From the NCBI RefSeq assembly GCF_006345805.1, contig NW_021825995.1:1-14024 (forward strand): a stretch of DNA of 14,024 bases, read 5' to 3'. This stretch comes from Octopus sinensis. Lineage: Eukaryota. A program made the translations under genes and the position numbers. Below, piece after piece: positions 1 through 7,074 of the stretch (positions are counted from its first letter, which is position 1; the number at the start of each line of letters is the position of its first letter). A model generated the notes under the pieces. The model was given only the letters and a program-made list of their open reading frames with translations, did not search any database and had not been told where the DNA came from.

Positions 1-228
1 ATTCAAATGACTACTCAGCCTTACCACAGATCCTTAAGGTTTGAAGCACAGGTGACACACGAACGCCGTAGCTTCCTACTGGTTAGGTCTGCACCCGTCA
101 CCACTCTTCCATTGCCATTCGACTTTCAGTAAACGGAATAACAAGTGAGGTGGCCACAAACGGACGTCTGTACGTCACTGGACTACTGGGATATACGTTT
201 GTAACAACACAAGTACCATTCTCTAAAG

Positions 229-300
229 CAGTGTTTCTCAACCTGTTTACCCTTGCGTAATCCTTAAAATAAATTACGTCTCAAGGAACCCCTACACAAA
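229..300. mobile_element. Orphan terminus of a hAT (Charlie-type) non-autonomous DNA transposon
   Basis: CAGTGTTTCTCAACCT at 229-244 matches the Charlie/MER5-type TIR start. It is preceded by CTCTAAAG (221-228), which fits the Charlie 8-bp target preference. No matching second end or TSD was found. Confidence 0.6.
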
Positions 301-384
301 AAAAAAATATATATATATATATATGCATATATACATACATATATGTACATACCTACATATATATGTATATATACAGGCATATAT
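300..384. repeat. (TA)n/(TACA)n microsatellite
   Basis: Direct inspection. Confidence 0.9.
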
Positions 385-745
385 GGGTACAGGACATAAA
401 AAAGACGTAAACAAAAGGAGAAACGAGAACATTAATAAACAAAAACACAGAAAACGAACTCGTTTTCGAAGAACGACAAAAAAAAAAAAAACAAACGGAC
501 AGAGAAACGAGACAGGCAACATAAAGAACATTCCCTTCATCAGTTGTCCCCTATTTTATCTACTCCGCTTTTCGAAGGTAAGGACAAGACGTGACTTCGT
601 TAAAACAGTCCTTCCCGCAAAGCAAATTAAACAAAATTTGGGATTTTTTGCGGAGGGTGAAAGTGGTAAAAAAAACATGACAGTGAGAACAAAACCGTAA
701 AAACAAACGGTGAGGGCTGATAAGCCAAGACAATGTGAAGTGAGG
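385..745 (-). mobile_element. Probable Penelope-like element terminal fragment with a degenerate hammerhead-like motif
   Basis: The minus strand carries CTGATGA (543-537) ... CGAAAACGAGTTCGTT (468-453) and then a T-rich tail ending at a (TA)n tract. This is the same layout as the element at 2644-3030. Family assignment is inference. Confidence 0.4.
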
Positions 746-771
746 AATGCTGGAAAAACGAGCTTTAGTGA

Positions 772-1003
772 AGTTACCTTTCCGAGTCATACCAAAGGGC
801 CGGTTTTCCAGCTTCGAGGGTGTATATATTCCCCACCTGGACAGGATGCCCCCTCCCCCGTCACAGGATTACTTTTCTTTATTTTTGCCAGCTGAGTGGA
901 CTTGGAACAATGTGAAGCGTTTTCCTCAAGAACAGAACACGTCACCCGGTCCAGGAATCGAAACCACAATCTTACGACCATGACCACTCAGCCACATGCC
1001 TCC
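772..1003 (-). mobile_element. tRNA-derived SINE (family D, CORE-like plus V-like domain), with a deletion in the head
   Basis: The minus strand has A-box TGGCTGAGTGG, B-box GGTTTCGATTCC, CORE-like GTTCTTGAGGAAAAC...CCACTCAGCTGGCAAAAAT and V-like CATCCTGTCCAGGTGG. It is homologous to 1230-1445 (shared CCGGTCCAGGAATCGAAACCACAAT on the plus strand). Confidence 0.8.
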
Positions 1004-1229
1004 ACAAGCCCCACTCTTGGAGTTTCCGCAATTAGTCCCTTGATACAGGCTGAAGCAATATGACCAGTAATCATATGAAACTGCAGGTTTTACATTACAG
1101 GGTTCCTCTCCTAAAAGGAGGGGGGACCCTCTCCTTCTAGTTATAGTTAGGGGTCCCTAACACATAATGGTTTTACTATGCACCCTAACCCAACCAAAGG
1201 TATTTCTGCATCCCAACGCTCAGATGGAT

Positions 1230-1445
1230 TTAAAAGGGTAAGGATACCTTCTCAAGTCATGGTGACCCATAAGGGCCAGTTCCCCGGTTTCCATGGCGTA
1301 ATAATCTCCCACCTGGATGGGACACCGGTCCATTGCAGGGTTACTCATTTTTACCAGCTGAGTGGATTGGCGGTCCCGGTCCAGGAATCGAAACCACAAT
1401 GTTACGATCGTGAGTCCAACACTCCAACCACTAAGCCACGTGCCT
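1230..1445 (-). mobile_element. tRNA-derived SINE (family D), internally deleted
   Basis: A-box TGGCTTAGTGG and B-box GGTTTCGATTCC are present. About 45 bp present in the 772-1003 copy are missing. CCCTGCAATGGACCGGTGTCCCATCCAGG resembles the V-SINE domain (CCTGCGATGGACTGGCG..CC.TCCAGG). Confidence 0.8.
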
Positions 1446-1459
1446 GGATCGGCATCACA

Positions 1460-1540
1460 TTTGCTTGTTAACCCATATCTGGGACCCTAACAGGTGCTAC
1501 TACTCTGGGTCAGAGTTGACCTGGAGACAATAGTGACTGA
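1460..1540. mobile_element. Fragment of an unclassified interspersed repeat
   Basis: GGACCCTAACAGGTGCTACTACTCTGGGTCAGAGTTGACCTGG resembles an abundant octopus repeat as I recall it. There is no second copy in the window to confirm it. Confidence 0.3.
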
Positions 1541-1717
1541 GTTGCGGGCCCACGGTCGTCAAAACCCTGAAACTCCTGAACCACGGGCCCACGACAAGGA
1601 CTGCAGCTAAGCAGAAAAGGCAATGTCCATTACCTTTTTTACAAGGCCCTTGAAACTGGAGAGAGTGAAGGCACCATAAAACTACAATAATTACAAGGTA
1701 TTTCCTTCTTTTGTCAC

Positions 1718-1762
1718 CAGTGGTTCTCAAATGGGGTCCCTATGACCATTAAGGGTTCATTT
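1718..1762. mobile_element. Orphan hAT/Charlie MITE terminus
   Basis: CAGTGGTTCTCAAATGGGGTCCCTATGACC is similar to the reverse complement of the 7858 end (CAGTAACTCTCAGCTGGGATTCATATGGCC). Confidence 0.55.
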
Positions 1763-1844
1763 GGTTATTCAAATTTTATCTGCAATAATTTGTTTATACT
1801 TTTACAATACACAGAATATTAAAATATAATTCCTAATAATAATT

Positions 1845-2220
1845 GTGGTTGTGTGGTAAGAAGCTTGCTAACCAACCACATGGTTCTGGGTTCAGTCCCA
1901 TTGTGTGGAACCTTGGACAAGTGTCTTCTATTATATAGCCTCAGGTCGACCAAAGCCTCGTGAGTGGATTTGGTAGATGGAAACTGAAAGAAACCCATCG
2001 TATGTGTATGTGTGTGTGTGTATCTTTGTCCACCACCACCACTTGACAACCGGTGTTGGTGTGTTTATGTCCCCATAACTTAGCGGGACTGATAGAATAA
2101 GTACCAAATTTTAAAAACAAAAAAAAAAATACAGGGGTCGATTCATAGACTTAAAAATTCTTCATGGTGGTGGTACACCAGCATGGCAACGGTCTAATAC
2201 TGAAACAAGTAAAAGATAAA
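1845..2220 (+). mobile_element. tRNA-derived SINE family A (older, diverged subfamily) with central microsatellite
   Basis: It has B-box GGTTCAGTCCC, MIR/CORE-like ACCTTGGACAAGTGTCTT, a central (TG)n and the 3' ACTGAAACAAGTAAAAGA tail. It is colinear with the copies at 8844, 10299 and 11594. Confidence 0.85.
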
Positions 2221-2271
2221 ACTTAAACATAATAGTTATATATATGAAAGTAATGAGGGTTGATGTCCGGT

Positions 2272-2333
2272 CATAGATTACGAATGGTTTCGCATCCACA
2301 AGGGCTAGCCACGCAGACGTCTCGTCAGACTCT
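2272..2333 (-). ncRNA. Degenerate type I hammerhead ribozyme-like motif
   Basis: The minus strand reads AGAGT CTGACGA G-ACGTCTGCGTGGCTAGCCCTTGTGGATG-C GAAAC CATTC GTA ATCT. All core nucleotides are present and stem II folds, but stems I and II each need a 1-nt bulge. Confidence 0.45.
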
Positions 2334-2509
2334 GAAACCAAAGACCAATGTAATTCCTCGCCCCTGGGTGGCTTGTGTCTTTTCATTTGTCTTGCTCGCT
2401 TACCTTTCTGGCGTTGGCTAAATTTTCTTGAGAACATTCTTTTCTTAGCGGTAAGACCATAGCAGGTCTTCTTCTAGCACAATGGATGTCCACGTAGAGG
2501 TCATCCATC

Positions 2510-2514
2510 ATATA

Positions 2515-2556
<42 letters not shown>

Positions 2557-2564
2557 TGTATGTA

Positions 2565-2631
<67 letters not shown>

Positions 2632-2644
2632 ATGTATGTATGTA
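2510..2644. repeat. Compound microsatellite (TA)n-(TG)n-(TATG)n
   Basis: Direct inspection. Confidence 0.95.
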
Positions 2645-3030
2645 TCAAATGAAATAAAATGAAAAACAGGACACAAAGGATGTCGCGGTACATATGTTTC
2701 GAGCTTTATAGAACAACTTATTCTTACACCAATGTATAATCGACATAACAGATAGTTCAAAAGCCCTCTTCAGCCGCATGCAATTGCTACACCAAAGACT
2801 TGTATCACATTATGAAAGGTTTGAGAAAGAACATTTGGTATTATTTATAATGGTAGGTAAACCGAGTATCACTGGGAAGGTATGTTTGTAATCTTCATAT
2901 GCATACATGGTATTATTAGACTCCAAAAATCCGTCCATACCGTATTCTCACTAATATAGAGTGGTATACTAGCTGGCATATACAGGTGCTTGCAGTATCA
3001 AGTATTCACCCTGAATTTATTGTACCTACC
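2644..3030 (-). mobile_element. ~390-nt non-coding hammerhead-bearing retroelement (Penelope-like pLTR or retrozyme-like) between microsatellites
   Basis: It contains the hammerhead at 2685-2777. Both end regions recur at 11781-11921: AAAAACAGGA..CAAAGGAT...GCGGTACATATGTTT and ACTAGCTGGCATATACAGGTGCTTRCAGT (28/29 identical). It has no ORF and microsatellites flank both sides. Confidence 0.65.
2685..2777 (-). ncRNA. Type I hammerhead ribozyme (minimal, Penelope-type) with long stem II
   Basis: The minus strand reads GCGG-CUGAAGA-GGGCUUUUGAAC...GUUCUAUAAAGCUC-GAAAC-AUAU-GUA^CCGC. Stem I is GCGG/CCGC. Stem II is ~12 bp, starting with the G-C pair. Stem III is the palindrome ACAUAUGU. The predicted cleavage site is between 2689 and 2688. 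Confidence 0.85.
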
Positions 3031-3361
3031 TATATATATATATACATATATATATACATATACATAATACACTATATATATATACATATATATATATACA
3101 TATTATATTATAATACATATATAATATATATCTACATATATATATATATACATATATATTATATATATACATATATATATATATCATATATATATATCAT
3201 ATATATATATATACATAATATAAGATTATATAGTTTATATATATACATATATATATTATATACATATATATTATATATATATATACATATATATACATAT
3301 ATATATATATATACCTACCTATATATACATATATATATATATACATATATATATAATATAC

Positions 3362-3392
<31 letters not shown>

Positions 3393-3764
3393 CATATTAT
3401 AATATATACATATATATATATATCCTATATATATATACATATATATATATATACATATATAATATATATCATATATATATATATATAGTATATATATATA
3501 CATATATAATATAACATATATATTCGTATATATACATATATATATATACCTATATATATATATATATACATATTATATATATATTATACAATCATATATA
3601 TATATACTATACATATATATATATATACATATATCCTTATATACATATATATACATATATATCATATATATACATATATATACATATATATACAATATAT
3701 ATATATATCATAATATTATATATATACATATATATAATATATAATACTATATATATATAATACA

Positions 3765-3795
<31 letters not shown>

Positions 3796-3801
3796 CATAA
3801 C

Positions 3802-3834
<33 letters not shown>

Positions 3835-3930
3835 ACACATATATATCTATATACACATATATATATATATACACATAATATATATACACATTATATATAT
3901 ATATACACAAAAAAATAAATAACACATATA

Positions 3931-3970
<40 letters not shown>

Positions 3971-3984
3971 CTATATATATATAC

Positions 3985-4016
<32 letters not shown>

Positions 4017-4068
4017 ATACATATACATATATATATATATACATATATATATTTATAATATATACATA

Positions 4069-4108
<40 letters not shown>

Positions 4109-4112
4109 CATA

Positions 4113-4158
<46 letters not shown>

Positions 4159-4160
4159 TA
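3031..4160. repeat. ~1.1-kb degenerate (TA)n/(TACA)n low-complexity tract
   Basis: Direct inspection. It is the source of the YI-rich ORFs. Confidence 0.97.
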
Positions 4161-4239
4161 CATCGAATGGTTAAGGGGTCCAGTAGAGTAAAATAGGAAC
4201 CAAAAGGGTCCATAGGCAACAAATGGTTGAGAAACCCTG
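4160..4239 (-). mobile_element. Terminal fragment of the same Charlie MITE family as 7075-7858, in the opposite orientation
   Basis: It ends in GGTTGAGAAACCCTG. The 80 bp align with the reverse complement of ~7075-7160 (GGGGTCCA..AGA.TAAAA, AAA.GGGTCCATAGG, AAATGGTTGAGAA). Confidence 0.75.
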
Positions 4240-4560
4240 ATCTGCACCGTATATTCACGGGTACATATTTTAACAGAATGTTAAAATATGCACCGTCAAT
4301 TCAGTGTTTTTTTCTTGTTTAGTTTTGATTTTGTTTTAATATGGATATATTTTTTGCGGTGAACTTTTCCCGCGGTGAATTGATGGCGGTGAACTTCACC
4401 ACTAACCGTCGATGGATACGATACACACACACGCAAAACCGGGCTTCAGAAGAATTGCTAAGTAGGGGAGTTAACTCCTTCCTCCTTCTAATAAGAATTA
4501 CTTCAGCTTCACTTCAATATCCCCGAGACGTTGGGGAAAATACGGACGTGTGCTTTACAC

Positions 4561-5275
4561 CATAGGTTCCCAAAGTGGGCGCTAACGCACCCTGATGGGC
4601 GTTGAAAGGGTCAAGGTAAAAGAGCGGTAGAGAAAAAGGAGGTACTAGAAGAAAGGCTTATGAATTTATAATATTATTATAGCATTGTATACAAATTATA
4701 TAAGATTAGGATCTTTTCGGTTTGAACGGCAGTTTTTTAAAATAATTTCCACGTAACTAAACACTTTTAAACTTCGTATACTGGTAGAATGTGTTTATAA
4801 AACATCTTTTTCTCTTGGCTTTATTGAGAAAATTTTTTTGTTTGTAAGATATTTGCTGGGGTTTTTTTTCTTCAATTTCTGCAATTTCAACCAATCAATG
4901 ACGTCTATTGAGGTGAAAACATTCTGTGCCGTATGAATATGTCCCCCGTTTAAGAAACAGATTGGGTTTATTTACATTTCTGAAGAAAAAAAAGATACCC
5001 TTCCCCCCATCCCTAACCATAAAACAGATTGAAATGCAATAGATCGATACTAGGGTCATAATTATGGGTGACAATTTCATATGACACTGCTAGAAAAAAC
5101 TGCCAGTCAAACCAAAAAGATCCTAATATTATATTAAATATCAAATGATTCATAGTCTATGTAGATTAGTAAAATATAAAATTTTTATTTATACATAAAA
5201 ATAGGGGTGTGGGCGCTGGAAAGTATTATGTGGCCATGAGGAGCACGGTGGCCCCAAAAAGTTTGAGAAACTCCG
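4561..5275. mobile_element. hAT/Charlie-type MITE, 715 bp, with perfect 8-bp TSD
   Basis: TSD CTTTACAC occurs at 4553-4560 and 5276-5283. The imperfect TIRs are CATAGGTTCCCAAAGT and CGGAGTTTCTCAAACT (11/16). Confidence 0.85.
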
Positions 5276-5410
5276 CTTTACACATACACACAATCTTCAA
5301 CTAGTTTCAGTAATTGGACAGTGACCATGCTGTAACACACACATACACACCCGAACACACATCCGTATATATATATATATATATATACAGATCTACGTAT
5401 GTACATAATA

Positions 5411-5633
5411 TATCTTTTATCTCTTACTTGTTTATGTCTTTCGATTGAGGCCATGTTGGGGCACTTGCTTTGAAGTCCGAACAAGTCAACCCCAGTAATT
5501 ATTTCTTTAAAGTCTGGTACTCTTCTGCTGGACTGCTCTGCGACATGGACATAAACAAACCAACACTGGTTATCAAGTGGTGGTGTGTAGCAAGCGCAAA
5601 CACACACACACCACACACACATATATATATATA
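5411..5633 (-). mobile_element. 3' half of an old family A SINE, probably the partner of the head at 6432-6593
   Basis: The diverged tail ATCTTTTATCTCTTACTTGTTT and ACCAACACTGGTTATCAAGTGGTGGT match the old-subfamily copy at ~2035-2060. It ends in the central (CA)/(TA) microsatellite. Confidence 0.7.
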
Positions 5634-5896
5634 CAGGGTGTTCAAAAAGTCTCTCCTCAGTAAGTATTTTATTTCAAAATGAAATATTTACAAGATGGTA
5701 TAAAGACTACAAAAGAATATATTAGACTTTACAAGACTTTAAAAAACTTTAGAAGAGGCGTTGGAAGTGCCATCCTTCATTTTCAATACATAAGTTGACT
5801 CTTCTACGCATGTTTTGAAATACATCTTGGAGAATCTGACTCTTGAAGAGTCAGGGTGAAAGAAATTCACTGCGGAGAGACTTTTTGAACACCCTA
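5634..5896 (-). mobile_element. Tc1/mariner-superfamily MITE (263 bp) retaining the transposase C-terminus
   Basis: The 28-bp TIR CAGGGTGTTCAAAAAGTCTCTCCTCAGT has 2 mismatches, with TA at 5632-5633 and 5897-5898. Minus-strand 5838-5749 encodes QILQDVFQNMRRRVNLCIENEGWHFQRLF*. Confidence 0.9.
5749..5838 (-). pseudogene. Remnant C-terminal 29 codons of a Tc1/mariner-type transposase
   Basis: The peptide matches the L..V..N...R...CI...G.HF..L* ending typical of Tc3/maT-like transposases. It lies between the TIRs. Confidence 0.75.
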
Positions 5897-5902
5897 TATA
5901 TA

Positions 5903-6322
5903 TTACTCTTTACTCTTTTACTTGTTTCAGTCATTTGACTGCGGCCATGCTGGAGCACTGCCTTTAGTCGAGCAAATCGACCCCGGGACTTATTCTTTTG
6001 TAAGCCCAGTACTTATTCTATCGGTCTCTTTTTGCTGAACCGCTAAGTGACGGGGACGTAAACACACCAGCATCAGTTGTCAAGCAATGCTAGGGGGGAC
6101 AAACACAGACACACAAACATATACACACACATACATATATATATATATATACATATATACGACAGGCTTCTTTCAGTTTCCGTCTACCAAATCCACTCAC
6201 AAGGCATTGGTCGGCCTGGGGCTATAGCAGAAGACACTTGCCCAAGATGCCACGCAGTGGGACTGAACCCGGAACCATGTTGTTGGTTAGCAAGCTACTT
6301 ACCACACAGCCACTCCTGCGCC
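5903..6322 (-). mobile_element. Full-length family A tRNA-derived SINE (young)
   Basis: Head GGCGCAGGAGTGGCTGTGTGGTAAG (A-box), B-box GGTTCAGTCCC, central microsatellite and (GAGTAAAA)n tail. Confidence 0.92.
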
Positions 6323-6431
6323 TATGTGGTATATATATAATTTTGTAAATAATCAAATAAATTGCACAACAAACAGAAAATTCGTAGCTATTCCTCATCA
6401 GTCAACGTCCAAAAGATCCTTACAGTTTTGT

Positions 6432-6593
6432 GACAGCTTCTTTCAGTTTCCAAGAAATAAATCCACTCACAAGACTTTTGGTCAGTCCAGGACAATAGTA
6501 GAAATCACTTGCCCAAGGTGCCATGCAGTGGGACTGAACCCGAAACCATGTGGTTGAGAAGCAAGTTTTTCAACCACACAGCCATGCCTGTGC
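6432..6593 (-). mobile_element. Head (5' half) of an old family A SINE
   Basis: Contains only the tRNA-like head and CORE-like part, as the diverged variant GCACAGGCATGGCTGTGTGG. Confidence 0.85.
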
Positions 6594-6608
6594 ATTATAT
6601 ATATATAT

Positions 6609-6962
6609 AGGTGCAGGACCAACTACATGGTTCTGAGTTCAGTCCCACTGCGTGACACCTTGAGCAAGTGTCTTCTACTTTAGCTTCAGACCGACCAAAG
6701 CCTTGTGGTTGGATTTGGTAGATGGGAACAGAAAGAAGCCCGTCGTGTATATGTATGTATGAATGTATTTGTGTCTGTTTGTCCTCACAAACATCGCTTG
6801 ACAACCGATGTTGGTGTGTTTACATCCCCGTAACTAGCAGTTCGGCAAAAGAATCAGATAGAATAAGTACTAGGCCTATAAAGAATAAGTCTTGGGGTTG
6901 ATTTATTCGACTAAAGGCAGTGCTCCAGCATGGCCACAGTCAAATGACTGAAAGAAGTAAAA
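6609..6962 (+). mobile_element. Family A SINE with a ~27-bp deletion removing the A-box
   Basis: The GGTGCAGGA|CCAACTACATGG junction lacks GTGGCTGTGTGGTAAGTAGCTTGCTAA. The rest is colinear to the tail. Confidence 0.88.
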
Positions 6963-6994
6963 ACATTTATACACACACACACACATGCATACAC

Positions 6995-7040
6995 AGGTGC
7001 AAATATGTCTGTGTGGGTCAAGAATTTGCCTAGCAACCAA
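6995..7040 (+). mobile_element. Short degenerate family A SINE head fragment
   Basis: AGGTGCAAATATGTCTGTGTGGGTCAAGAATTTGCCTAGCAACCA resembles the head of the other copies. Confidence 0.45.
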
Positions 7041-7074
7041 TGACGCCTGACCCCTGGTCTTCCTTCAACTAAAG

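Noticed and set aside
1546-1596. Direct repeat CGGGCCCACG x2 with CCTGAA motifs
   Set aside because: It is too short to interpret, and no boundaries or second copy are visible.
2162-2476. Minus-strand frame ...GLTAKKRMFSRKFSQRQKGKR...HWSLVSESDETSAWL, faintly like a Tc1 transposase, and a plus-strand 174-nt candidate exon (2277-2450, donor GTAAGA)
   Set aside because: There is no further DDE motif or TIR, and the plus-strand acceptor lacks a polypyrimidine tract. Both are kept only as alternatives to the hammerhead-like reading.
221-4247. Pairing the 229 Charlie end with the 4239 end
   Set aside because: The flanks CTCTAAAG and ATCTGCAC share only the generic target consensus, and the subterminal sequences belong to different families.
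2986-4258. Many YI/HT-rich ORFs
   Set aside because: These are translations of (TA)n/(CA)n microsatellite, which lacks stop codons in some frames.
6077-6340. Recurring MSS..G...CPRCHAVGLNPEPCG peptides (also at 6595, 8787, 10149 and 11627) that look like a Cys-rich gene family
   Set aside because: They are antisense or sense translations of family A SINE copies, not genes.
6330-6430. CTGATGAG...CGAAT motif (minus strand, 6401 downward) resembling a fourth hammerhead
   Set aside because: GAAA is broken (GAAT), stem II is not paired and there is no stem I/III. It is at most a PLE-like tail relic.
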